Below are positions 1 to 10,080 of a stretch of 64,000 nucleotides of DNA, piece after piece. The notes below the pieces were generated by a model that was not told the DNA's origin, did not search any database, and saw only the letters and a program-made list of their open reading frames with translations. Position 1 is the stretch's first letter, and every line of letters begins with the position of its first letter. Where the stretch lies: positions 96,001 to 160,000 of the forward strand of contig JBBRSP010000001.1 of assembly GCA_038245295.1 (NCBI GenBank). Direction: 5' to 3'. A program made the position numbers and the translations under genes. The DNA is from Candidatus Binatia bacterium (lineage in GTDB: Bacteria; Desulfobacterota; Binatia; HRBIN30).

Positions 1-1101
1 GACGCCGCGGGTCAGGCCGACGAGGGCACCGCGTGCCGCCGGATCCCAGTAGGGGGCGCCGAGACCGACGAAGGCGGGGACGAGGTAGACGCCGAGTGTG
101 GAATCAACCTGGCGCGCCAGCGCCTCGGTCTCCTTGGCGTGTTTGATCAACCCAAGGGCATCGCGCAGCCACTGTACCGCCGCACCGGCAACGAACACCG
201 AACCCTCGACGGCATAGGCGGGTTGGCCTTTGACATCGCATGCCATCGTCGTGAGAAGGCCGCGCCGCGACTCGACAGCGTGTTCGCCGGTGAACATCAG
301 CATGAAGCAGCCGGTCCCGTAGGTATTTTTCACCATGCCCGGGTGGAAGCAGGCTTGTCCGAAGAGGGCGGCTTGCTGATCTCCCGCGATGCCCGCGATC
401 GGCACTTCGGCGCCGAAGGCGGCGCGGTCGGTGATCCCGGCGATGCCGGCGGAGGGAACGACCTGCGGCAACAGGCTAGCGGGAATATCGAGCAGCTTCA
501 GCAAGTCGGTGTCCCACTGCTTGGTGTGGATGTTGAAGAGCATCGTGCGCGAGGCGTTCGTGTAGTCGGTGGCGTGTAACTGGCCATTGGTGAGCTTCCA
601 CATCAACCATGTGTCGATGGTGCCGAAGGCCAAGCGATCAGCACGTTGTCGCGCCCCCTTCACGTTGTCGAGCAGCCACTGCAGCTTGGTTCCCGAGAAG
701 TAGGGGTCGGTGACCAAACCCGTCTTGGTGCGAATGACGCTCTCGTGCCCCTGGGCGCGCAGACGCTCGCAGGCCGGTGCCGTGCGACGATCTTGCCAGA
801 CGATGGCGCGGTGCACCGGTTTGCCGGTTTTACGATCCCACAACACAGTCGTCTCGCGTTGGTTGGTGATGCCGATGGCGGAAATGTCGCCTGCCTTGAG
901 TTTGGCGGAGCGCAGCGCCGTAGCGATACACTTCTTGGTGACCGTCCAGATTTCCTCGGGGTCATGTTCGACCCAGCCGGGTTTCGGGTAGTACTGTTTG
1001 AACTCCGAGTAGCCGCGTCCTCGCAGCTTCCCCGTCGCGTCGAAGATCATCACGGTCGAGCCCGTGGTTCCCTGATCGATTGCCAGCACGTACGCTTTCA
1101 T
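1..1101 (-). CDS. glpK: Glycerol kinase (3' part runs off the window start)
   Basis: Manual translation from ATG at 1101: [21 protein letters not shown]...[16 protein letters not shown], later [25 protein letters not shown] and [13 protein letters not shown] motifs. Not in the ORF track. Confidence 0.95.
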   Translation of the reverse strand, partial: MKAYVLAIDQGTTGSTVMIFDATGKLRGRGYSEFKQYYPKPGWVEHDPEEIWTVTKKCIATALRSAKLKAGDISAIGITNQRETTVLWDRKTGKPVHRAIVWQDRRTAPACERLRAQGHESVIRTKTGLVTDPYFSGTKLQWLLDNVKGARQRADRLAFGTIDTWLMWKLTNGQLHATDYTNASRTMLFNIHTKQWDTDLLKLLDIPASLLPQVVPSAGIAGITDRAAFGAEVPIAGIAGDQQAALFGQACFHPGMVKNTYGTGCFMLMFTGEHAVESRRGLLTTMACDVKGQPAYAVEGSVFVAGAAVQWLRDALGLIKHAKETEALARQVDSTLGVYLVPAFVGLGAPYWDPAARGALVGLTRGV

Positions 1102-1328
1102 GGTGGCGGTTCATCGCACAACCGCCGCCCGGCGGGCAATCGGCCCGGGGCGTCTCGGAAGTGAATCGGGAGCATGTCACGTCCCGAGGAGTAGGGCTTG
1201 CAACAGTTGCGCCCATTCTTGCCAGGCGCGGCTCCACATCGACCAGTGCAGCACCGCGTAGACGGCGGCAGCGGCGATGCTGAACCAAACGAAGACAACA
1301 GGGACTGCATGATCGGGAGAGGCGCGCT

Positions 1329-3566
1329 TCATGGCCGGACGACCTCATAGATTTGCATTAGCCCCTGGCCGCCCCCGAATTCGGAGGCTTGCGCCACGGG
1401 TCGAAAATGCGCCGCGTCATCCTCCATCCACAGGCACTCGATTGGCCACCCGAGGTACTGCCAGTTGCCCGATAGAACCGTCGCTTTTCCGTCAGGTTCA
1501 ATGATCTCTATGGAGGTCACGTCGAGGAAAGCTTCCGCGTACAGGACGCGTGTGTCGACGGGGCGCATGAGCAGTTCCAGGCTGTGCACTTCGCCCGTCC
1601 ATGGGACCGTAAATTCGCCGCCCTCATCTCTTGGTAGGACGAAGGCTTGCGTGAAGTGGTTTACGCCCAGGATTGCCATGGACGGCGCCCGCGTTTGGTA
1701 GCGTAGCCGGATCCCTTTGACTTGCTGCGCTGGGAGCGGGTGCACGACCGTGATGTATTCGTCGCTGGTGATCGTCACGTCCATCGCCAGGCGGATTCCT
1801 GCACCTCGATTCGTGATCTTAGAATGTGGACCGCGCATTTCACCGACGGCGACGTTCTGGATGTTTTCCCGCGCTACCCGGTCGAGCCACGCCGTGCGCG
1901 TGCTGGCCGGCAGGAAATGGAGCCGATGCTGATACGCGGCGCCGAGCATTGGGTAGGCAAAGGCCAGATGGGCGACGGCGATCTGACGGCCGTCGGTGAG
2001 GTCGTCGAGGTACTTCCAGGCGCCGCGAAAATCCTGCGTGCCGAGGTCGCCCATGGCGCCAAAACGGCCCAGGGAGGTTTCGCCGGAATACACGCCACGC
2101 CAACCATTCAGGGCTGCCGACGGGGAGCGGAAGGTAGTGACGCGCGGCAGCGACGCGAAGACGCTGGCGACACAGGACAGCGCCGCCAGTCGGATCAACC
2201 ACACGGCGCGTTGGCTGTTGCTGATCATCCAACCGGCGGCGGCGTAGGCTACCGGCAAGCCCGGCAATACGTAGCGCATGAAGGAGTGGAGTTCGGTCGA
2301 GACGTCGAGGAACCAAAACCCGTAAAGGGCCAAAGGGAGCAAGGCGAGGGCCGATAGGTCGTGGCGCTGCCGGCGCCAGGCGTGTCTGGTGAGTGCCAAG
2401 CAGGCGGGGATCCCGAGTGCGGCGAACTGCATGCCGGCACCCGTCTCGTAGTTGTAGAGAAAGTATGGCGGGTAGATGCTGCAATCGAACAGCGGCCACC
2501 AGGGAAAGTAGGTGAGGACGTTCGACCAGACGATCGGGTCGCCGCCACGTGCGGTGATCGGGAACAGGGCTGATCCGGTCACCCAGGCATTGCGGGCGAA
2601 CCAATAGCCGGAGAACAGCAACGTGGCGGTGATCAGAGCCGCCGCTGCGGCGACGTAGGTGCGACGACGATCAGACGCTGCGGTTGCCTCGGCGTGGTGG
2701 ATTGCCAGCGCCATCCAGAGGACACCCATGGGAAGGCTGGCGAGGGCGGTGAGCTTTACTCCCGGCGTGAGACCCCAGGCGATGCCACCGAGGCAAAGCC
2801 CCGCCGTGGTGAGCGGCGGCATGATAAACACCAGGCCAGCGGCGAACAGGAACGCCGAAGTGACGTCGACGAGCGCGGTCTGCGACTGGTTGATGACGAT
2901 CGGTGTCGTCAAGAACAACAAACCCGCCCAGCCCGCGCCGCGGGTTGTTGCACCCAGTTGTCGTGCCAACACGAATGCCGCGACGGAGGCGGCGAACGCG
3001 AAGGGCAACTGGGAGAGATCGACGATGACGCCGTTTCCAAACGGCTGAATCCACCATTGGTCGAGCAAATAGGCATTGCCCGGGAAATAGGCCCACAGGT
3101 CGGCGCGCCAGTAGAGGCCCAGATCCGGGATGACGATGCGACCTTCGCGTGCATACGCCGCTGCCAGCGGCAGGTGGTACATCAGGCTGTCGCCGGCGGA
3201 CGGTTCGAAGAAAATGCCGACCAACACGACGTAGCCGTAGGCGACAGCACAGGTGGCGAGGACGAGGCGTTGTACTGTCTCCATGCGTCGCAGAGCCTTG
3301 CCCGGACACAGCATGGCGGCGACGGATCGCCAACGCGCAAACGGCGCGACCGCCGCCGCCAAGATCGCCTGACTTGCCAACAGCGGCGCGAAGCGCAGGT
3401 GGCCGGTAACGCCGAGGATGGTCGCCGAGAGAACCGCCACGGCGACGTACAGCACACTGGCCGCCAGCCATTGTTCGGCCAAGCCGCGCCGTTGCAAGCG
3501 CGAGGTCAAGCCGAGCGCCACGAGAAGAGTGGCGCCGTTTAGAAGCAGGAAGTTAAGAAGACCCAC
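1329..3566 (-). CDS. Multi-pass membrane GT-C-like (ArnT/PMT-type) glycosyltransferase with soluble C-terminal region
   Basis: 745 aa, many TM helices, first-loop DSLMYHLP motif, YWFARN segment, soluble C-terminus. Confidence 0.6.
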   Translation of the reverse strand: MGLLNFLLLNGATLLVALGLTSRLQRRGLAEQWLAASVLYVAVAVLSATILGVTGHLRFAPLLASQAILAAAVAPFARWRSVAAMLCPGKALRRMETVQRLVLATCAVAYGYVVLVGIFFEPSAGDSLMYHLPLAAAYAREGRIVIPDLGLYWRADLWAYFPGNAYLLDQWWIQPFGNGVIVDLSQLPFAFAASVAAFVLARQLGATTRGAGWAGLLFLTTPIVINQSQTALVDVTSAFLFAAGLVFIMPPLTTAGLCLGGIAWGLTPGVKLTALASLPMGVLWMALAIHHAEATAASDRRRTYVAAAAALITATLLFSGYWFARNAWVTGSALFPITARGGDPIVWSNVLTYFPWWPLFDCSIYPPYFLYNYETGAGMQFAALGIPACLALTRHAWRRQRHDLSALALLPLALYGFWFLDVSTELHSFMRYVLPGLPVAYAAAGWMISNSQRAVWLIRLAALSCVASVFASLPRVTTFRSPSAALNGWRGVYSGETSLGRFGAMGDLGTQDFRGAWKYLDDLTDGRQIAVAHLAFAYPMLGAAYQHRLHFLPASTRTAWLDRVARENIQNVAVGEMRGPHSKITNRGAGIRLAMDVTITSDEYITVVHPLPAQQVKGIRLRYQTRAPSMAILGVNHFTQAFVLPRDEGGEFTVPWTGEVHSLELLMRPVDTRVLYAEAFLDVTSIEIIEPDGKATVLSGNWQYLGWPIECLWMEDDAAHFRPVAQASEFGGGQGLMQIYEVVRP

Positions 3567-3728
3567 GGCTAGTCTCTGGAACGTGCGGCGCTATTCGTGG
3601 GACTTAGTGTCGCGGTGCCACGCATCTCGGTCGCGTCTCATGACATAAGAGACGCGCAGAATGAACCGTCCGGGCAAGTTCAGGATCGTTACTTGTTCGT
3701 GGCAACAGCCGCCACTATACGACGACAA

Positions 3729-4652
3729 ATGGCGACCGCCACGCAACTCGTATTCGTTACCGGCAAAGGTGGCGTCGGCAAGACGACGATGGCGGCGGCT
3801 CTAGGACTGCACGCGGCGGGGGAAGGCCAGCGTGTGCTGATCGTCGAAACTGCCGGTGACGGTAGCTTGGCGCAGCTCTTCGGGAAGCAGCAACTGGCGC
3901 CCAAGCCATCACGGATGCGGCCGCAGCTCGATGCCGTGCGCGTCGATGCGCGACAGTTGGTCGAACAGTACTTCTCCGAGATGCTGCGCTTCCGTTGGTT
4001 GTCGGATCGCCTTCTGTCGAGCAGCACCTTCAATGCACTCACTGCCGCCGCCCCGGGCATCACGGAGTTTCTTCTGCTGGATCGGATCCTTGGTTGGGTC
4101 GAGCCGGGAGTACTGCGACGCAAACCCTACGACCTCGTCATCGTCGACGGGCCGGCGACCGGTCACGCGTTGAAACTGCTGCGCACACCGCGCAATCTGG
4201 CGACCATGGTGCCGGGCGGTCCGCTCGGGCGCACGGCACGGCGTCTTCTTGGCTTGTTGGGAAACCGACTGCAGACGCAGGTGGTCCTCGTCGGCCTGGC
4301 CGAGGAGATGGTGATCCGCGAGACCATCGAGACGCATACGGCGATCGCCGGTGACCTGGCTCTGCGCGTCGCACGGCCGGTGATCAACCGTGTTCTGCCG
4401 CACCACTTCACCGCCGCGCAGGTGGCGCTGATCGAGGGCGGCCCGGCCCACCCTCTCCTCGAGGCGGCACGCTTTTCCGCGGCGGTGCGACGCGAAGCCG
4501 ATCGGCATGTCGGGACCTTGCGACGAGCCCTTGGCGTGACTCCCATTCTGGTGCGTCAGGTGTTCGCCGAGCGCGTCGGTATAGATGATCTGGGCCCGAT
4601 CGGGCGCAGCCTGTCGCGCGTCGTCTTGAACGGCTCGACGGAGACGGCGTGA
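3729..4652 (+). CDS. ArsA/Get3-like ATPase, subunit 1 (Rv3679/BagA-like)
   Basis: FVTGKGGVGKTT deviant Walker A, APGITE, YDLVIVDGPATGH; start moved to MATATQLV. Confidence 0.88.
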   Translation: MATATQLVFVTGKGGVGKTTMAAALGLHAAGEGQRVLIVETAGDGSLAQLFGKQQLAPKPSRMRPQLDAVRVDARQLVEQYFSEMLRFRWLSDRLLSSSTFNALTAAAPGITEFLLLDRILGWVEPGVLRRKPYDLVIVDGPATGHALKLLRTPRNLATMVPGGPLGRTARRLLGLLGNRLQTQVVLVGLAEEMVIRETIETHTAIAGDLALRVARPVINRVLPHHFTAAQVALIEGGPAHPLLEAARFSAAVRREADRHVGTLRRALGVTPILVRQVFAERVGIDDLGPIGRSLSRVVLNGSTETA

Positions 4653-5728
4653 TCTCGCTCAAGAACATTCTGGATCGCCGCTTGATCGTCTGTGTCGGCT
4701 GTGGCGGGGTGGGCAAGACCACTACGGCGGCCGCCCTGGCGCTGACGGCGGCACGTGAAGGTCGGCGCGTCGCCGTCATCACGTTCGACCCGGCGAAGCG
4801 GTTGAAAGATGCGCTTGGGTTGGACGACTTGTCGGTTGATCCGCAACCCGTGATGATCGAGGGCGGCGCCAGCTTCGATGCCCTCGCTCTCGACACCAAA
4901 CGCACCTGGGACTCGCTCGTCGAGCGTTTCGCCGGCAGTCGGGAAGCGGCCGAACGTATCCTGACGAATCGTCTTTACCAGGAGCTCTCGAACGAGCTCG
5001 CCGGCTCGGCGGAATATATGGCGATGGAGAAGTTGCACGAGTTGGCGCACCTCGGGACCTACGATCTGCTGATCGTCGATACACCGCCGAGCAGCCACGC
5101 GCGCGATTTGCTGCACGCACCGAATCGGCTGTTGGGTTTGTTGGCGACACGCGCCGTCAGCCTGCTGCGCTCGCCCGCCTCTTTGCTGAGCGGCATAGAG
5201 TCGACGGCGGCCCGCACGCTATTGGCGGGGTTGCTGAAGGGGCTCGAGCGTTGGAGTGGGCTCGAGTTGATGCGTGACCTCAGCGACTTCGTCGGGGGCT
5301 TCGAACACATGATCGAAGGCTTCGCCAAACGGGCCGAGGAAGTGAATCGCCTGTTGCGTAGTCGTCGCACGGCATTCCTGCTGGTGACAACAGCCGAGCC
5401 CTATACGGTCGAGACAACCATCGGCTTTCACCGCGACCTTTCGGACGGTGGCTTCACCGTCGCCGGTATCATCGCCAACCGCGTGCTGACGTTCCCGCCT
5501 CTGGCCGGCGTACCCGAATCGGTTGCGCGCTGGGAGAAGGGACTGCAGAAGAAGTTGCTGCGCAACTACGAAGAGCTACGCGCCTTGTCGGCACGCGACG
5601 AGGCGATGATGCGCCGGCTGAGCGAAGCCACCGGAGCGCCGCTGCTCGGTTCGATTGCCGCGGTGACGGAGCCGCCAACGTCGATCGCCGCTCTGCAGAA
5701 GTTCGCGACGCAGCTCCGCTCTACCTAG
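4649..5728 (+). CDS. ArsA/Get3-like ATPase, subunit 2 (Rv3680/BagB-like)
   Basis: VCVGCGGVGKTT, DPAKRLKDALG, GSAEYMAMEKL, YDLLIVDTPP; GTGA overlap with subunit 1. Confidence 0.9.
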   Translation: MISLKNILDRRLIVCVGCGGVGKTTTAAALALTAAREGRRVAVITFDPAKRLKDALGLDDLSVDPQPVMIEGGASFDALALDTKRTWDSLVERFAGSREAAERILTNRLYQELSNELAGSAEYMAMEKLHELAHLGTYDLLIVDTPPSSHARDLLHAPNRLLGLLATRAVSLLRSPASLLSGIESTAARTLLAGLLKGLERWSGLELMRDLSDFVGGFEHMIEGFAKRAEEVNRLLRSRRTAFLLVTTAEPYTVETTIGFHRDLSDGGFTVAGIIANRVLTFPPLAGVPESVARWEKGLQKKLLRNYEELRALSARDEAMMRRLSEATGAPLLGSIAAVTEPPTSIAALQKFATQLRST

Positions 5729-5758
5729 ACTCGACCGTTCGGAGAGGTCGAGGGAGGG

Positions 5759-6106
5759 TTAGTCCTCTACTTTGCGCGACTTCTTGTGGTCGTGTTGTTG
5801 CTGCTGTGCCAGGACACGGTCGAGCTTCATGTTCAGGTTGACCAGGCTTCCCTGCAGCGTTTCGATTTTGGTTTTAAGCGTCTGGTAGTCGGCGCTCGAC
5901 GGTAGGTTGAGCAGATGCAAGATCGTTTGCGCGTTCTTGTCCATCTGCCCCTTCGTCTTGGCGGCGCGTTGCACCACATTCGACAAGCCCTCGGCGACGC
6001 CGGGGCGGCCCAGGACATCTTCCAAAACTTGTGTCACGGCGGCGTTTCCTTGCGTGACGACCCAGTCCAACAGATTCTTCGGTTGCTTCGTGCTCTTGGC
6101 AGCCAT
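5759..6106 (-). CDS. Phasin/PhaE-like coiled-coil protein (putative storage-granule-associated)
   Basis: LHLLNLPSSADY followed by heptad coiled coil and basic tail, resembling the LNLPT/S..D motif of PHA granule proteins. Confidence 0.5.
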   Translation of the reverse strand: MAAKSTKQPKNLLDWVVTQGNAAVTQVLEDVLGRPGVAEGLSNVVQRAAKTKGQMDKNAQTILHLLNLPSSADYQTLKTKIETLQGSLVNLNMKLDRVLAQQQQHDHKKSRKVED

Positions 6107-6144
6107 GGCGATTGCATATAGTGAGGCCGCCGGAGTCGTCAACT

Positions 6145-6393
6145 GTGCCCTGGACCACCGCCCTCGGATACTTTACCGGATTGTACTTCTTAGATCCGAC
6201 TCTCGACGCTGGAACGTTGGTGCGAACCACCGTGCTGTTGCACGGTCTCGACTGCATCATGTGCCGGCTGTTCGCGCACAATAACGGCCACCCCAAGAAT
6301 CTGTGGACGGTGCTGGGATTTGTTTTCGGCGTCTGGGCGGTGGCGGTCTTGATCGTGCTGCCGCGCCGCAACCTACATGTCGCGCCAGACTAA
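6145..6393 (+). CDS. Small membrane protein of unknown function
   Basis: GGAG upstream of GTG; hydrophobic segments; NLWTVLGFVFGVWAVAVLIVLP. Confidence 0.55.
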   Translation: MPWTTALGYFTGLYFLDPTLDAGTLVRTTVLLHGLDCIMCRLFAHNNGHPKNLWTVLGFVFGVWAVAVLIVLPRRNLHVAPD

Positions 6394-6398
6394 GCGGC

Positions 6399-7298
6399 TC
6401 ACGCCTTGCGACGAGCGACGCGCAACTTGGCGCTGCCGGCGCGAGAATTGTCTTCTACCTCTTCGTCGTCGGCGCGTAGCGGTCGCTTGGTCAGGATCTC
6501 GACGCGTCCGGCCTGTTTCTCGGCGACGAAGAATTGTTTGACCATGCGATCTTCGAGCGAATGAAAAGACAACACGGCCATGCGGCCACCTAGCGCCAGC
6601 AGCGACAGCGCCTGCGGCAGTGCATCGGCGATGGCCGAGAGCTCATCGTTCACGGCGATGCGCAGTGCCTGAAAGATGCGTGCTGCCGACCGGGCGGCTT
6701 TCCAGCGGACGTTGCCGGGCAATGACGCGGTAATGATCTCCAGCAGCTGTGTCGTGGTTTGTACGGGGCGGTCACGTACGACGCGCCAGGCGATGCGTTT
6801 GGCGAAACGCTCTTCGCCGAAATCGCGGAAGATCGCCGTGAGCTCCTCTTCGTCGCGGCTGGCGAGGATCTCCGCCGCTGTCTCCGCATCCGAATCGGTC
6901 GGATCGAAACGCATGTCGAGCGGCTCGTCATGCGCGAAACTGAAGCCGCGCGCGCTCTGATCGAAATGATAGGAGCTTACGCCGACGTCGAAGATGATGG
7001 CGTCGACGTCGGTCATGTGGCGCGACGCAGCGATCTTACTCAGCTCACGGAAGTTGCCGTTGGCCAGGATGAGCCGCCCGGCTTCGGCAAACTCGGCGAG
7101 TCGAACCGCGGTGGCGGTGAGAATCTCCGGGTCGCGATCGATGCCAAGGACTTTGCTGTCGGGGCCCGTCGATTCGAGGATCGCCGCGGTATGTCCGCCG
7201 CCGTTGATCGTCGCGTCAATACAGCGGGCGCCACGCGGCAGGTCGAGAAGCTCGAGCAGTTGCTGCGTCAAGATGGGTGTGTGAACCGCTGGTTGCAT
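6399..7298 (-). CDS. rsmH: 16S rRNA m4C1402 methyltransferase
   Basis: HTPIL, IDATINGGGH, DVGVSSYH, RGFSF..D.PLDMR, FQALRIAVNDEL, SFHSLEDRMVK, SAKLR. Confidence 0.95.
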   Translation of the reverse strand: MQPAVHTPILTQQLLELLDLPRGARCIDATINGGGHTAAILESTGPDSKVLGIDRDPEILTATAVRLAEFAEAGRLILANGNFRELSKIAASRHMTDVDAIIFDVGVSSYHFDQSARGFSFAHDEPLDMRFDPTDSDAETAAEILASRDEEELTAIFRDFGEERFAKRIAWRVVRDRPVQTTTQLLEIITASLPGNVRWKAARSAARIFQALRIAVNDELSAIADALPQALSLLALGGRMAVLSFHSLEDRMVKQFFVAEKQAGRVEILTKRPLRADDEEVEDNSRAGSAKLRVARRKA

Positions 7299-7304
7299 GC
7301 GTCC

Positions 7305-8414
7305 CTACTTTGCCGTCGGGGTGATTGCCGGTGGACGTGTGCGGCTGACGATGTTTAGAATTTCGTCCGGTCCGAGGACACGGGGGTAGACCTGCACGTC
7401 GCGCATGATGCTACGGGCGCTGCCGGCGCCGTTCGGAACATCGGAGCCAAACAGCCACGGTGTGCCGTTCGGCACCTGCAACTCGCCGTTGTACTCACTG
7501 CTCGGGAGCGGCAGGCCGTCAATAAAAAGCGTCGTCACGCCATCTCCCCACTGGGCGGCCACATGGTGCCAATCGCCTACCTTCCAGCCTGAAATTCCCG
7601 TGCTGCCGCCGCTTTCGTGGCCTGTGTTGTCGCAGAAGAGGAAGCGTAGGTACTGGCCGTTCTTGAAGATCTCGATGCGGTTCTCGAAGGTTCCGGTCTT
7701 CCACTGGGCGAAGCCGGCATTGGTATCAGCCTCGCCGATCCACTCGGGCAGTATCCAGAAGACGACGCTGCCCGACTGCCCGGTGAAGTTCTCGGGGTTC
7801 GGCACGGCGAAACGCGCATCAGCTCCGAAGTGGGCTCCAGCCTCGGTGACCGTGACGTCGTGCTCAATGATCGGGGAGTTGTCACCGGCAGCCTGTGCTT
7901 GATCCGGTGCCGTCGTCTTGTTGAAACCGAAGGAGATCGCCGGAGCATGGGCGTCGTCCGTGTCGGCTTTTGGACCCGGCACCGAGCCTGCCGGTGATTG
8001 GTTTGCCTGTTGCTCCGCCCGTTCCTGGGCTTCCGATCCGGCGCGCGCGATTTCGGAATCGGCACGCCGCTGCGGGCGAGCCTTGGGGTCGGTGGTTGCC
8101 CCGCTGGTGCCGGGCTCGCTGTCATCAGCGGCGGCGAGGGGTTCGCGTTCCAGACCTTGGCGGGCGCGTTGCGCGGCGGCGGCAATCGCCGGCCGGTCCG
8201 CGAAGCGCTCATCGCCACCTTCGCTGCCGTCAAAGCGCCCGGAACGACGGCTTGCGGCGCCGCGCGCCTCCCGCCGTCCGGCCGCGGAAGCGGATACGGC
8301 CGAATCACTTTCGCCGTCGTCGTCGGCAAGATCGGGGGACGTCGGACGCAAGAGCCACAGCCCGACCATCAGTAGGATGGCCAGAGACACTGCAATCAAT
8401 ACCGAGCGCTGCAT
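7305..8414 (-). CDS. Membrane-anchored LamG/concanavalin-like domain protein
   Basis: N-terminal TM helix, low-complexity linker, GDWHHVAAQW...LFIDG...DVQVYPRVL LamG pattern. Confidence 0.75.
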   Translation of the reverse strand: MQRSVLIAVSLAILLMVGLWLLRPTSPDLADDDGESDSAVSASAAGRREARGAASRRSGRFDGSEGGDERFADRPAIAAAAQRARQGLEREPLAAADDSEPGTSGATTDPKARPQRRADSEIARAGSEAQERAEQQANQSPAGSVPGPKADTDDAHAPAISFGFNKTTAPDQAQAAGDNSPIIEHDVTVTEAGAHFGADARFAVPNPENFTGQSGSVVFWILPEWIGEADTNAGFAQWKTGTFENRIEIFKNGQYLRFLFCDNTGHESGGSTGISGWKVGDWHHVAAQWGDGVTTLFIDGLPLPSSEYNGELQVPNGTPWLFGSDVPNGAGSARSIMRDVQVYPRVLGPDEILNIVSRTRPPAITPTAK

Positions 8415-8484
8415 ACAATCTAGGATGTAGCTGTTTTTTGACGCCGCGCCTACTCAGGGAACTGCGAAGAATACGGGTAGGATA

Positions 8485-8550
8485 GGCGGTTATGCGGTTA
8501 GGCGGCTCGCGGTTCCGGAGTTTCTGGAAGAGCCTAACCGCGTAACCGCC
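8485..8550. repeat. 19-bp inverted repeat built from short tandem units
   Basis: GGCGGTTATGCGGTTAGGC (8485-8503) and GCCTAACCGCGTAACCGCC (8532-8550), one G-T wobble. Confidence 0.8.
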
Positions 8551-8625
8551 AAACGTCTGGAGCGAGGCCCTGCCATAGCTAGCCAGGCTTGCACGCTACC
8601 GCGCCGAGCGGTAAGCCGAGGCGCT

Positions 8626-9420
8626 GTGTCGAACCCTGGCCAATCCCTAGCCCCAAGCCCTGCTCCCGTCGGTCGTCCGCGGCGCAAGGTGTACATCGTA
8701 TTGCCGGCGTACAACGAGGAGCCGAATCTTCCGGTTCTCTTCGAGGCGCTCCGCGAGACGATGGAGGACAACTTCATTGCCTATGAAGTGATCGTCGTTG
8801 ATGACGGTAGCCAGGATCGCACGGCGGCGGTGGCGCGCGAGTGGGCGGAGCAGATTCCCGTAGTGTTGGTGCAGCATCCGGTGAACCAAGGGCTCGGCGC
8901 GACATTGCGTGATGGTTTGTTGGCGGCGCTGGAGCGCGCCACGGATCGCGATATCATCATCACCATGGATGCCGATGCGACGCATACGCCGGGTCTGATC
9001 GTGCGCATGGTCCGGATGATCGGCGAGGGTTACGACGTCTTGATTGCGTCGCGTTACCAGCCTGGCGCGCGTGTCTATGGCGTGCCCTTCCTGCGCCGCG
9101 TGATGAGTCGCGCTGCCTCGATCCTGATGCGCTTGGTGTTGCCGATCCAAGGGGTCAAAGATTTCACCTGCGGCTATCGCGCCTATCGCGCCGATGCGCT
9201 GCGCAAAGCGGTCAATCTCTACAAAGGCGAGTTCGTCAATCAGGAAGGCTTTCAGTGTATGCTCGACGTACTGCTGAAGCTGCGCCCGATGCATTTGGTC
9301 TTTGGCGAAGTGCCGATGTTGTTGCGTTACGACCTCAAGGGCGGCGCCAGCAAGATGAACATCTCGCGCACGGCGAAGAATAGCCTGCTGCTGCTGGTGC
9401 GGCGCCGATTCGGGTACTAG
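8626..9420 (+). CDS. GT2 glycosyltransferase (polyprenol-phosphate sugar synthase-like)
   Basis: VLPAYNEE, VVDDGSQD, NQGLG, TMDADATH, DFTCGYRAYR. Confidence 0.9.
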   Translation: MSNPGQSLAPSPAPVGRPRRKVYIVLPAYNEEPNLPVLFEALRETMEDNFIAYEVIVVDDGSQDRTAAVAREWAEQIPVVLVQHPVNQGLGATLRDGLLAALERATDRDIIITMDADATHTPGLIVRMVRMIGEGYDVLIASRYQPGARVYGVPFLRRVMSRAASILMRLVLPIQGVKDFTCGYRAYRADALRKAVNLYKGEFVNQEGFQCMLDVLLKLRPMHLVFGEVPMLLRYDLKGGASKMNISRTAKNSLLLLVRRRFGY

Positions 9421-9423
9421 TCA

Positions 9424-10071
9424 ATGTCGGCCGGCGGGTTCGAAGCCGAGTACTACGAACAGAACTATCCCAACTACGCGCGGCAAAACCCGACGCGTAA
9501 GCTCAAGCACTATGAAGAGGCGGTGCGCCGCCACTTGCCGCCGGGCGAGCCGATCCGTGTCTACGATCTCGGCTGTGCCTTCGGGGCGTATCTCTCAGCA
9601 ATCGATCCGCAATGGCAGGCCTACGGGGCTGACGTAAGTCATTTCGCCGTCGCCGAAGCGAAGAAGCGCCTGCCGCGCGGACATTTCGACGTCATCGCCG
9701 AACGCAGTATTCCGTTCGACGAGAAGTTTCATGCGATTACGGCATGGGACGTGATCGAACACATTCCCGATCTGGATCGGGTTGCCGCCGAGGTCGAGGC
9801 GCATCTGGTCGAGCGCGGCGCCTTCGTGTTCGTTGTTCCGGTTTATGACGGACCGCTCGGGCCGGTGGTCATGGCGCTCGACAAAGATCCGACCCACATC
9901 CATAAAACCGCGCGTCGCTTCTGGGTCGACTGGGCCGCCCGCCACTTCGAAGTGATCGAGTGGTGGGGAATCTTCCGTTACCTCATGCCGGGCGGCTACT
10001 ACGCCCACGTTCCGACACGTGCTTTACGTTCGATCGCGCCGGCAATCCTCGTCGTTGCGCGCCGCCGCTGA
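9424..10071 (+). CDS. Class I SAM-dependent methyltransferase
   Basis: YDLGCAFG motif I, WDVIEHIPD, DPTH. Confidence 0.88.
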   Translation: MSAGGFEAEYYEQNYPNYARQNPTRKLKHYEEAVRRHLPPGEPIRVYDLGCAFGAYLSAIDPQWQAYGADVSHFAVAEAKKRLPRGHFDVIAERSIPFDEKFHAITAWDVIEHIPDLDRVAAEVEAHLVERGAFVFVVPVYDGPLGPVVMALDKDPTHIHKTARRFWVDWAARHFEVIEWWGIFRYLMPGGYYAHVPTRALRSIAPAILVVARRR

Positions 10072-10080
10072 ACGCCCGTT

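Noticed and set aside
3729..5728. Arsenite-resistance ArsA pump
   Set aside because: No arsB, arsC, arsD or arsR nearby, and the motifs fit the Get3/Rv3679-80-like branch.
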